Shown in pieces: positions 47,607 through 56,221 of a stretch of 56,221 bases of DNA. Under the pieces are notes generated by a model. The model saw nothing but the letters and a program-made list of their open reading frames with translations. It made no database searches and had not been told where the DNA came from. The DNA comes from a virus (taxonomy: Duplodnaviria; Caudoviricetes). The number at the start of each line of letters is the position of its first letter. Position 1 is the stretch's first letter. The position numbers and the translations under genes are program-made. The stretch lies in the IMG/VR virus record IMGVR_UViG_3300023184_000158, positions 1 through 56,221 of that record; one strand, given 5' to 3'.

Positions 47607-48551
47607 TTAATCTGGAGATTGAGTGACTTGGCCTAGTCTTATGAAATCGGAGCTAGTCAAATTCAGCACATATAATGTAAGTTTGTCTCCATTTTTGAAT
47701 TTTTTGGATGGGTCTTGAATTCCATTGCACAGCATCATTTCGTTGGCAACTTTTGCTGCCATGGTCGCTGCCGAGGATGATGTTTCGTGTGCACCACCAA
47801 ATAGTCCGGGATACACTTTTACAAGAATTTCAGTAAAGGTAAATTCCCTGTCCCTACTTACATAAATTGTAGATCCAAACTCATCTGGTCCAGTCGCCTC
47901 CTTGATTATTTCTCTTGGAACAATATAATCAAACCATTTATCTGGAACCATCTTATCAACTTGTTTGGTCGCCGCTGCCTCGGCCACCTTGGCAGTATCT
48001 GGTGCCGTGCGTTTTGACGTGGGTTTTTTTGACGAATAGATGTTTCTTCCAATGATGATCATGGATAGGGCGTAGCGATTCTCAAGAGGTTTCTGAATGC
48101 TACGGGTCATGGTAAAATCCTTGATCGTTACGGGCCATCGACCAAAATTCGGATTGTCCTTGTAGGAAATGGTCAGTTGAAGTTCAACCGAATTTGGGCC
48201 CACCGCGTTCTCGCACAGGTCGAAATAACTTTCCACCAATTGGCGCAAAAGCCGGTATTGGACGAGGCCCGGGTTGCCCACAAGCGGGTTCAGTCCAGTC
48301 TGCCCAGCAATGATGACCGATGACAATCCTGCGCCCATATGGTCAACATGGGCCGCTCCTCTGGCCGTCTGATACACCTGCACTCTACCAGGCATCTGGA
48401 TTGTTACCTGATCTGGAGAGACATAAAATGTGTAGGTTTGCTTTTTTTCTCCAGTGTCCTTATCAATAAGCACCAAGGAAAAATTCGCGTCAGTCGAAAA
48501 TGTATTGCTAACGCCTAGATATTTTCCTGCCAAACCCATTGATGATGGCAT
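47607..48551 (-). CDS. Putative tail tube initiator or baseplate hub protein
   Basis: YTFYVSPDQVTIQMPGRVQVYQT...VIIAGQTG pattern; LysM-like C-terminus (NGIQDP..KFKNGDKLTL); position. Confidence 0.55.
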   Translation of the reverse strand: MPSSMGLAGKYLGVSNTFSTDANFSLVLIDKDTGEKKQTYTFYVSPDQVTIQMPGRVQVYQTARGAAHVDHMGAGLSSVIIAGQTGLNPLVGNPGLVQYRLLRQLVESYFDLCENAVGPNSVELQLTISYKDNPNFGRWPVTIKDFTMTRSIQKPLENRYALSMIIIGRNIYSSKKPTSKRTAPDTAKVAEAAATKQVDKMVPDKWFDYIVPREIIKEATGPDEFGSTIYVSRDREFTFTEILVKVYPGLFGGAHETSSSAATMAAKVANEMMLCNGIQDPSKKFKNGDKLTLYVLNLTSSDFIRLGQVTQSPD

Positions 48552-48554
48552 TTG

Positions 48555-48595
48555 TAACCCCTTTTGTCATTTACTATAGTATACAAAAGGAGTTA
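48555..48595 (-). promoter_or_regulatory. 13-bp hairpin sequestering the RBS of the 48551 gene, overlapping TATACT/TATAGT -10-like boxes
   Basis: Minus-strand RNA UAACUCCUUUUGU pairs with ACAAAAGGGGUUA (one G.U); the 3' arm contains AAGGGG and ends 3 nt before the AUG. Confidence 0.6.
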
Positions 48596-48600
48596 TGACG

Positions 48601-48876
48601 CTAGCAGTCTTGTGTGTTTTTGTAGTCCGGCAGCTTTTTCAACGCAAGATACAGGCCACGAAGAAACGTTGATTCACCCACGATGTCGTTTGGATCCAGA
48701 TAGACGGTGGAAACGCCAAATGGAGATCCCCCATTCTTCCTTTGCTCCTCATTCACAAACATTGCGATATTGACAATGAGGTCTGCGGGAGGAGTGTATC
48801 GGGCTCCAATGATCTGAATGTAGGCATCCTTGATTTCGATTCCCGTTTCCGTCTTGACGGTCTTTGACATTGCCAT
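48601..48876 (-). CDS. Small tail-fibre-associated protein (chaperone-like)
   Basis: GAAAGGA RBS before ATG at 48876 (MAMSKTVKTETGIEIKDAYIQI...LYLALKKLPDY). Confidence 0.65.
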   Translation of the reverse strand: MAMSKTVKTETGIEIKDAYIQIIGARYTPPADLIVNIAMFVNEEQRKNGGSPFGVSTVYLDPNDIVGESTFLRGLYLALKKLPDYKNTQDC

Positions 48877-48907
48877 GATAGTGTCCTTTCTCGTGCAACC
48901 ATGCAGG

Positions 48908-49126
48908 TTATTGTGGGGAAGTTTCCTGTTGATCTGCCAAGATTTCTTGAACTGGCGCAGGTCGGTAAATCCGCACGGACTCAAACTCTGGCAATTCTTC
49001 ATTGACCCCAATGTAGCATCCATTGTCAAGCTCAACAAGACAATGATTTACTCGCAAGCTGTCAACATCCTGTCGTGAAATTGGGCCATAAATAAATTGA
49101 TTATCAAATCGCTGATATATTTCCAT
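48908..49126 (-). CDS. Small hypothetical protein
   Basis: AAGGAG RBS; fills the gap. Confidence 0.65.
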   Translation of the reverse strand: MEIYQRFDNQFIYGPISRQDVDSLRVNHCLVELDNGCYIGVNEELPEFESVRIYRPAPVQEILADQQETSPQ

Positions 49127-49141
49127 TGCGTAACGCTCCTT

Positions 49142-50365
49142 TTAGCTCCAGAATGCACTACTGGCAGAGGTTGTTGATGATGTGGTTGTTCCAAGCTGTA
49201 CTGTACTTAGGGTAAACGTGTATTTTGTGGTTGTTCCCACAACTTGTGTAACTGGACTCACATCATACAAGACAGATTGCGGCGCGTATTCCATTGGTGT
49301 AATCACCGCGATGTTGGCGCTTGTGTAGACCGGATAGGTTGACGACAGTTGTCGCTTGTTTTGATTGGCTGACACGACGATGTTTGATATCTTTGTTGAT
49401 GTAATAACCGGGTATATATTCTTGGATGCCGCAGTATTCAGCGTAGATGCAATCTCCATGTCCCGCGTTGTTGCAGACACTGGGATATTGGTGATCAATT
49501 GTGGAGTCAAAACCGGATAGATATTATTGGAGGCCGGTCGATTTGTCGTAGATGCGGTTGTTTTTTTTGTGCCGATTGAAGATGAAGTGAACTGTGAAGT
49601 AACGGTTAGCGGAGTGGCTGTTGATACAATGGACTGTGCTCCTGAATTTCCCGTATTGCCAGCATAATCGGTTGGCCCAACACTGCTTGCAGTCAAGTAG
49701 GATGTCCAGAATAGTAATTTTGCCGCAGGAAGGAACGTATATGTTCCAGCCGTTCCATTCGTTGGATTAGTCAGGGAGGAAATGGCAAGTAGATTGTTTC
49801 CAGCGGCAAACCAGACATAGGCAGCGGATCCCGACGTGGTGCAGAATGCTCCCGCTGCATTCACCACCGATGAGACAATCTGCTGTCCTGCGCAGATGAC
49901 GCGGTTATCTGAAATGTTCGTGAGGCCGTACGTGGAAGTGATGGATGAGAAATTGGCTAGTGTCAACGCAGCTCCCGGCTGGCTTGCCACGCTATTTGTG
50001 TAGTTTGTCAGTGCTCCGCTTACTGTCCCTGTAATGCCCGTAATCTGCGGAAAGAACAAGGATGCTACGGGAGGTGAAGTAACCACACACGTTGCGGTAT
50101 TGGCATTCAACGCTCCATAGGAAGCCACTGTTCCGGAAAGTATTGCCCCAGGGGAAATGGTACTGCTCCATGATGAAGCGGTAACCGCTGGTCCGGATAA
50201 CGTTAGTTCACAAAGCTTGTAAGTATACAGTCCGGCGGTATACGTTTGAGTGAATCCAACCGTCAGTATTGCCGAGGTTATCGTATTCGAGCCAAGTGTA
50301 TAGCTCCCCCCAGCCCCCGTGTACGGGGGCGTCAGCACCGTTTGAGTGGCTGAAAGTGTGGCCAT
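49142..50365 (-). CDS. Ser/Thr-rich virion protein
   Basis: AAGGGG RBS; beta-rich composition; three imperfect YPV.T...I repeats near the C-terminus. Confidence 0.65.
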   Translation of the reverse strand: MATLSATQTVLTPPYTGAGGSYTLGSNTITSAILTVGFTQTYTAGLYTYKLCELTLSGPAVTASSWSSTISPGAILSGTVASYGALNANTATCVVTSPPVASLFFPQITGITGTVSGALTNYTNSVASQPGAALTLANFSSITSTYGLTNISDNRVICAGQQIVSSVVNAAGAFCTTSGSAAYVWFAAGNNLLAISSLTNPTNGTAGTYTFLPAAKLLFWTSYLTASSVGPTDYAGNTGNSGAQSIVSTATPLTVTSQFTSSSIGTKKTTASTTNRPASNNIYPVLTPQLITNIPVSATTRDMEIASTLNTAASKNIYPVITSTKISNIVVSANQNKRQLSSTYPVYTSANIAVITPMEYAPQSVLYDVSPVTQVVGTTTKYTFTLSTVQLGTTTSSTTSASSAFWS

Positions 50366-50368
50366 ACA

Positions 50369-52885
50369 TTACCCCTTGATGAGTATTCGGCCTGTTACGT
50401 TACCAGAAGAGGTATAGAGGGAATATCCGCCGGTCGAATAGAAAAGTTGCAATCCCGAAGCGCCATATACTCGTGCCCCAGTCGTTGCAACGGTATTCAT
50501 CTGGTCGCCCATGATGGTGGTAGTCAAGATCGAAGTAGCCGTTGCCTGACCAAGATACAGCGGATTTCCGATGGTTGCCCCCATTGGGGCAGAAATCTGA
50601 TAGCGCGTATGGTATGCCGAGCTTTGATACCTCCCCTTTGGAGATATGAAAAACAAGCCTTTCCACGGCACAACGTTCAAGTCTCCAAGATAATCCGAAG
50701 TACCGGCGGTGATGGTTGGAAGTCGCGAAGAATGCACATTAGCCGCGGTGCCGCTTGTGGTCCAAGTAACTGCTGTTGCTGTGGCAACAAGGGTCGAGCT
50801 GAGCGAATAGAGGGTTCCGTTAGTCAGATCGCCTGAAAATAGCCAGAGACCACTACCCGCTGGATCATTGTAGATGGTGGTAACGTTGTATTCCTGTAGC
50901 GTTGCGGATGTGGGAGCTAAAGGATGCTGACGGTTATAGACAAATACGCCCGTACTTGCCGTAAAACTTCCATAACGCAAAAGCGTACTCAACGTTGTCC
51001 CAGCTGTAGTCCAGAAAGCACATTCTCCTTGATACAGCGGCGTAGGTGTTCCAAACGCCGTCGCAACAACAACTTCAAGACCGGTGTCGGGACTCGATGT
51101 CTGCCCCACCCCACCCAAGTCGTACCTGCTTGTCACCGCAAATGTTGATCGGTCAACTGCGGTTATGGATGGGCGAAGCGCAACCTGTCGTGAAGATGCG
51201 TACACGTACGTGTTGTCAATGCCGAGGTATCCGCTTCCCATCAATCCGATGGTTGCCGTAGCCGTTCCTGCGGTGGTATATCCTGTTCCGCCATAGATGA
51301 CCGTAATCGCGCCAGCAGGGACACCTGTGGTCACACCGATGGAAAGAAGCGCATAGTTTCCAGAAGTCGACAGACTGAAATACAATGTTCCCGTTAGGCC
51401 GCCAAGATATCCCGAGCCTGCAGCACTGAGTGTTGCCGCAGTGATAGGGCCGGACGCTGCGGTGGTCGTGACAGTCAATCCCGATCCTGCCGTATTCGGA
51501 AAGGTCAGTTTGGTTGCCGCCAAGGTTTCCGTGTCAATTTTCACCAGACCGTAATAGGTTGATGCGTAAATTGTCCGCAGCCCATCAAACACGATGTCCA
51601 AGACACCCTGAGGATCATCCGACCCTGTTGCTGGATACACACGAACAGGTTGCGTAGATCCACTGTTCATGGCCCATGTATAGACCCCTCCAATTCCTGC
51701 AACCTGTTCGCCGTGCGCTGCCCAGATTGTATCGCCAATGGCGATGGTCTTTCCAAAGCCGCGGGTCGAGCTGGTGATGGCAATACTTGCTGCCGGAGTA
51801 GTCATTTTCTGGGCACCATAGGTAAGCGGTGTTGCGCCTCCTTCCCATCCTCCATTCATCGGCAAGATGGCACAGTCAGCAGAAGTGATCGCACCCGTTG
51901 TCGCCGATGCCCAGCCGCCATTGGTATCGAGCGACATGTTGATGGTATCCAGATAGGATCCAATGGGCTTCGTGACACTCATCGCATAGATCCGCCCGAA
52001 TGGCATGCTCTTGGTAACTGCATCCAGCGCAATAGGGGATGCCACAGCTTTTGCGGATGAAGTGTCCCATCCATACGTCATGTTGTAGTACGATCCCAAA
52101 TGCAACAGGTTCACATCCGTTGCAATGGTGAAGGTGCCAGATGGGTACTGCGGAGGATACATTCCCCGGCTGGTCACCGGGGCGAAGACCTGCGCTGCAG
52201 CAGCTCCAGTCAATCCATCGGGAGTGCGCGGAAAGGCAAACATCGCGCGACTGATGATGTTGGTCAAGTTTCCATGTGGGGCGCCGATCATCGCGGAACA
52301 AGTCCACGCAAAGCACGGATATGTCGGAGCAGCAATGTCCTCGCTTGCCACGCGTTCGAATTCAAACACCCCTGTCCATAGACCCGGCTCACTCTTGATG
52401 AACGGCCAGATGGCAATATGTCTCGGAGAAACACTTACCCAGATGAAACAATCCTTGATGTCATAGTGCTGAAGCCACGCACCGTTGCTTGTCCACGACT
52501 CATTGGTGGTTACCCGTGATCCGGAAACGGCTGTGTAGCTTTCACAACACGATGTCCAGAATGCCATCTTGAGAGGATCCCACCGCAACAGGAAATACTT
52601 GTACGTAGTGCCATCGACATTCAGGCATCTGTACACAAACAGGGTCATCGGAGATGCTGCGTTGCCAGTTCCCGACCCGGCTGCTCCGGTAGCGGCTGTG
52701 GAACCAGGGACATAGTTGTTCACCTGATCGTACAATGTCCAGCCATACGTAGCTCCCTTGATGGCGGTGTCAACCGCGGTCAGGATATTGGCAGATGTCA
52801 ACTCTCCCGAAATCGTGATCTTGAAACTCTTGGAAGGCAATGTCTGCGCCGAATTGTCTACAAACGTAGTGGTTGTTACTGTCAT
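50369..52885 (-). CDS. Tail or receptor-binding-like protein, paralogue of 52917..55244
   Basis: AGGAG RBS; N-terminal ~350 aa aligns by eye with the neighbour. Confidence 0.72.
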   Translation of the reverse strand: MTVTTTTFVDNSAQTLPSKSFKITISGELTSANILTAVDTAIKGATYGWTLYDQVNNYVPGSTAATGAAGSGTGNAASPMTLFVYRCLNVDGTTYKYFLLRWDPLKMAFWTSCCESYTAVSGSRVTTNESWTSNGAWLQHYDIKDCFIWVSVSPRHIAIWPFIKSEPGLWTGVFEFERVASEDIAAPTYPCFAWTCSAMIGAPHGNLTNIISRAMFAFPRTPDGLTGAAAAQVFAPVTSRGMYPPQYPSGTFTIATDVNLLHLGSYYNMTYGWDTSSAKAVASPIALDAVTKSMPFGRIYAMSVTKPIGSYLDTINMSLDTNGGWASATTGAITSADCAILPMNGGWEGGATPLTYGAQKMTTPAASIAITSSTRGFGKTIAIGDTIWAAHGEQVAGIGGVYTWAMNSGSTQPVRVYPATGSDDPQGVLDIVFDGLRTIYASTYYGLVKIDTETLAATKLTFPNTAGSGLTVTTTAASGPITAATLSAAGSGYLGGLTGTLYFSLSTSGNYALLSIGVTTGVPAGAITVIYGGTGYTTAGTATATIGLMGSGYLGIDNTYVYASSRQVALRPSITAVDRSTFAVTSRYDLGGVGQTSSPDTGLEVVVATAFGTPTPLYQGECAFWTTAGTTLSTLLRYGSFTASTGVFVYNRQHPLAPTSATLQEYNVTTIYNDPAGSGLWLFSGDLTNGTLYSLSSTLVATATAVTWTTSGTAANVHSSRLPTITAGTSDYLGDLNVVPWKGLFFISPKGRYQSSAYHTRYQISAPMGATIGNPLYLGQATATSILTTTIMGDQMNTVATTGARVYGASGLQLFYSTGGYSLYTSSGNVTGRILIKG

Positions 52886-52916
52886 GGGTGATTCTCCTAT
52901 CCTTATTGTACCAAAT

Positions 52917-55244
52917 TTACGCTTTTACAAACAACCGGGCGGTTGAGTCACCGGAACTACTTGATGATCCGTATATATTGTTTTGAAAAGCAACGAAAGC
53001 TGTTACTACTCCAGGACCACCTGTACCAGTGGCCCTCGTGTACGCAACACGAGGGCCATTGGTATACACAGACATCATGTTCCCGCCGAGCATTTCTCCG
53101 GCTGTTCCAGCGCTAGCACTTGCGATTGAAACAGTATTGTTTCCAAACAACGTCGTTGATCCGGAGGTGTATGGATTTGAAAGTACGACCCGCTGATGTT
53201 GTGGTTGCCCTCGCTTCGCAATGAACATTGTTCCACGAATAAATGTTATTGCCGGATCTTCCCCTTGGGTATAATTGCCTATGCAATTGACTCCTTCGTA
53301 TTCGGTTCCAGCAGAATAATTGTATCGATTTGTAGTTCCTGAAGCCAATATGCCAGACAATGACCCATCTAGAAAAACAGTACTGTTTATTTCGCTAATG
53401 GTTGAGTTAGCATAGGAGGAGCCGTTGTACCCGCCCATTTCCACGAGCCACATTCTTCCCGTGCAATAGTCAGCATGAAAGATTCGTGGATTTGACGCAT
53501 TTCCGGCTACATTGCTGGTGAGAGCGGACGAAACATACACTGCGTATCCTTTTTGTACATCAATGGAGTAAACTGATTGATTCTGCCCATTTGATGAAGC
53601 ATGCGTAGTTGGTCCCAGTATCCAGCCGCTGTATGTTGGAGTAACTGAGCTAAATAGCCAAGTGCCTGCAAAGCCGGGAAAAGTGGTCAATACTCCGGAA
53701 GCAAGATACTGGGTAACGTACAAGATAGTTCCATTCAGGAAGTCAGCAATTGGAACAATGGCAATGGGTGGAGGCGGATTGTTGCCTGCGGTAGCGCCAA
53801 TGTAGATATTTTGCGCATCCATTGTCAATCTACCTGCTTGACCAGTCATTGTCGGAAGATCTCTCGTGTCAACCCGCAGGGTAAAGATGTTGAGTCGTCC
53901 AATGCGTGGGTATGTAATAGTTGCTCCCACTCCAATATTTGCATTGATCGTAAAATAGATATACAATCCACCGTCATGAATCAAATCTCCGCATCTGGAT
54001 GTTCCAGACGCAGCTGTCATGGTTTGTTCTCGATAAAGAAATTCCGGAGATTGATTCTTTGTGCCCAAGCTTGCAATTGACGGAGAGAGTCTCCATCGAA
54101 ATAATCCGTATTCTCCCGTGTAGTATGCATAATCACCAACCATGATGATCATATATACATTACCGTATGGATTTGAAATTACATACGGAGTGGAAAGCTT
54201 GTCTTGCCCTGCATTCATTGTGCTTGATGAAGCATTCGTCCCTGTTGTCGTTTCGGGTCCGCCATTCATGGGTAGTGAGAGGGTTGGAGACAATGATCCA
54301 TTTTCGCTTGCCCATCCACCCGTGCTATCCAAAGGAAGATTTGTTATCGTTGCTGGTTCCCGGAATGGATATCCAACACTCAAGCTGTATGCTTTGCCAA
54401 ATGTTTTTTCTGAAGATTTGTGTCGAAGGGAAACGGGATAGAGCGTGATTTTTTCTAGCAACATCGGATCCAATGAAGAAAGTCTTTTTACGGACCAATT
54501 ATTCACGGTACGATGAATTGAGCCAAGATACGCTTTATTAGCATCAGTACTGGTAACAAATGCGCTTGGATAGGTTGGCGGATACGTTGAGCTTGCCGAT
54601 TGTGCAATATAGGCAGCTGCAGCTGCTGGTCCAGTGACACCGTCTTGTGTGCGAGGAAAAGAAAAATTTATTGCCCCGTCAGAGGCCGATGAGCGGGTAA
54701 TGCCATACTGTGTTCCAATCATCACTGAATTTGTCCACGCAAAACAGCAGGAGGATTTCAAATCCAATGCGTTCCTTTCAAATTCAAAGACACCGGTCCA
54801 TAGATCGGGTTCTCCGACGATGAATGGCCATATGACCAGATGCCGTGACGTTCCATTGATGATGATTGAAGAATCAACGATGTCGTAATGCTGCATGAAT
54901 GATCCCGATCCGTTCCATGCTTCATTTGATGGAAGATGAAGTTTTGGATCCCAATACTCACACGTGCTTGTCCAGAACATCATTTTCTGGTAATTCAGCC
55001 GCAATATGAAATATTTATAGGTAGCCCCATCAATATTTGGCGCATAATACACACGAAGGAACATCGGCGAATAAATGCTCGTTTGACCAGTTCCAGGAAT
55101 GAAATTATCTAGCGAATCAAACAGTGTCCATCCAAGTGACACTATGGCATCATTTATCGCTGAGTATATTGTTGCATACGAGGTTTCATCCTTAATGGTT
55201 ATTAGTTTTGTGTTTGTTTGCATGGATGTTGTCGTGACTGTCAT
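52917..55244 (-). CDS. Tail or receptor-binding-like protein, paralogue of 50369..52885
   Basis: GAGGT RBS; shares DG.TYKYF.LR, QHYDI, EP.LWTGVFEFER, CFAWT, FPRT.DG.TG and LPMNGG with the neighbour. Confidence 0.72.
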   Translation of the reverse strand: MTVTTTSMQTNTKLITIKDETSYATIYSAINDAIVSLGWTLFDSLDNFIPGTGQTSIYSPMFLRVYYAPNIDGATYKYFILRLNYQKMMFWTSTCEYWDPKLHLPSNEAWNGSGSFMQHYDIVDSSIIINGTSRHLVIWPFIVGEPDLWTGVFEFERNALDLKSSCCFAWTNSVMIGTQYGITRSSASDGAINFSFPRTQDGVTGPAAAAAYIAQSASSTYPPTYPSAFVTSTDANKAYLGSIHRTVNNWSVKRLSSLDPMLLEKITLYPVSLRHKSSEKTFGKAYSLSVGYPFREPATITNLPLDSTGGWASENGSLSPTLSLPMNGGPETTTGTNASSSTMNAGQDKLSTPYVISNPYGNVYMIIMVGDYAYYTGEYGLFRWRLSPSIASLGTKNQSPEFLYREQTMTAASGTSRCGDLIHDGGLYIYFTINANIGVGATITYPRIGRLNIFTLRVDTRDLPTMTGQAGRLTMDAQNIYIGATAGNNPPPPIAIVPIADFLNGTILYVTQYLASGVLTTFPGFAGTWLFSSVTPTYSGWILGPTTHASSNGQNQSVYSIDVQKGYAVYVSSALTSNVAGNASNPRIFHADYCTGRMWLVEMGGYNGSSYANSTISEINSTVFLDGSLSGILASGTTNRYNYSAGTEYEGVNCIGNYTQGEDPAITFIRGTMFIAKRGQPQHQRVVLSNPYTSGSTTLFGNNTVSIASASAGTAGEMLGGNMMSVYTNGPRVAYTRATGTGGPGVVTAFVAFQNNIYGSSSSSGDSTARLFVKA

Positions 55245-55246
55245 GA

Positions 55247-56221
55247 TTACCTCGTATACAGGATACAGATATTGGCATTTGCTGCCCCATTGGATGTGTC
55301 CACGTCAATAGTAACATAATCTGTTGCAAGAAGAGAAACAGCAAGTGTGGCAAGAGTTGACCGATATGATCCGGCAGCAACGGAAAGGGTGCCAATGCTG
55401 GTCCCATTCTTCCGGATGGTGACCGCAAATGCTCCGCCAGAGGGAGTTGTCGAAGTGATTGAATACGCACCTGTCAAGGTGATGGTTGCATCTGGATACC
55501 ACCGGACAGTTCCTGCGGCGGCGGTCACTGTGCCCGTGAGTGTGTAGGTTTTCGTTTGTGTTGATGTTGCGCCTGATGACCCGCTGGCTGCAGCAGTAAT
55601 CCGGCCTTTTGTATCCACTGTGATGTTCGCGTTGATATAGCTTCCGGAAACTCCCGAGATAGTAGCCAGAGTTGAGGCAATTGAGGTGGATCCCGATCCA
55701 GTTACATCTCCAGTGAGGGTAATGGTCTGGTTCGCAGTCAAATAGGATGAGGTGTCGGTTGTCCACGCATTTGCACCGGTTTTCTTGAGAAACCCGGTTG
55801 CTCCATCAGCAATCGCGGCAATTGAACTCAAATCTGCGTCAAGCGGTTGTGCATCGGTGATTCCGTATCCAGCGAGAGTGGTGGGACTTGATCCGGCTGT
55901 GACTCTTCCCGTGGCATCAACAGTGACGCTTCGATATGTTGCCGCGGTGACTCCGCTGGATGCCAATGCAATGGTCACTGCGCTGGATCCATCAAAGCTG
56001 GTTCCGGAAAGACCGGTTCCGATTGTCAGGGCATTGGTGGTTGTTCCACTTCCGCTTACGCTGGCATCCAGCTGCCACGTATTGGCAGCGGTCTTTCTGA
56101 GGAACCCGGTGGTTGCCGTCAATGCGGCGATGGCATCGAGGTCGCCATCCCAAGCTTGTACGTCCGACCCGATGGCAAGTCCCAAGCTGGTCCGGGCAGC
56201 AGACGCCGTGGTGGCGTTTGT
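55247..56221 (-). CDS. Tail fibre protein, C-terminal part (5'-truncated by window edge)
   Basis: Frame open to 56221 (TNATTASAARTSLGLAIGSDVQAWD). Fibre-type repeats TVDATGRVTA/TVDTKGRITA, TTLAGYGITDAQPLDADL. Confidence 0.8.
   Translation of the reverse strand, partial: TNATTASAARTSLGLAIGSDVQAWDGDLDAIAALTATTGFLRKTAANTWQLDASVSGSGTTTNALTIGTGLSGTSFDGSSAVTIALASSGVTAATYRSVTVDATGRVTAGSSPTTLAGYGITDAQPLDADLSSIAAIADGATGFLKKTGANAWTTDTSSYLTANQTITLTGDVTGSGSTSIASTLATISGVSGSYINANITVDTKGRITAAASGSSGATSTQTKTYTLTGTVTAAAGTVRWYPDATITLTGAYSITSTTPSGGAFAVTIRKNGTSIGTLSVAAGSYRSTLATLAVSLLATDYVTIDVDTSNGAANANICILYTR

Noticed and set aside
30136-56221. Diversity-generating retroelement or invertible tail-fibre cassette
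   Set aside because: No reverse transcriptase or invertase, and no near-identical template/variable repeat pair or flanking inverted repeats were noticed. The paralogues are diverged throughout. A self dot-plot would be needed to exclude this fully.
1-56221. Stop-codon reassignment, tRNA genes, introns or inteins
   Set aside because: Genes tile densely in the standard code using all three stops. Intergenic gaps are mostly too short for tRNAs and show no cloverleaf. No intein terminal motifs were seen in TerL, helicase or baseplate J.

Overview
This window is a gene-dense fragment of a large tailed dsDNA phage with a contractile-type baseplate. The M23 endolysin, LL-H-type holin and absence of a recognisable spanin suggest a monoderm host. 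No tRNA, rRNA, CRISPR array, integrase or major capsid gene was seen. Positions 1-6979 (+) carry thyA, a thermonuclease and DHFR, interleaved with unusual proteins: an atypical kinase-fold protein, an ADP-ribosyltransferase-like plus HD-domain polyvalent protein, and a Gly/Pro-rich protein. Positions 6976-56221 (-) carry portal, terminase, RuvC-like resolvase, a frameshifted primase-helicase, a self-contained four-gene AAA+/DUF3150-like operon, HNH, a lysis cassette, a metallophosphoesterase and about 31 kb of baseplate and tail genes. The best candidate for an undescribed system is four otherwise unrelated proteins next to the portal that share a recurrent peptide tag, [KR]-x-x-[WF]-F-x(5)-P...L-R-K-[ASG]. 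Three copies of the tag share an identical 25-bp DNA core. I infer a capsid-loading or maturation tag that may also act as an in-frame recombination site for swapping injected effector domains. All family assignments come from motif recognition by eye; no database searches were run.
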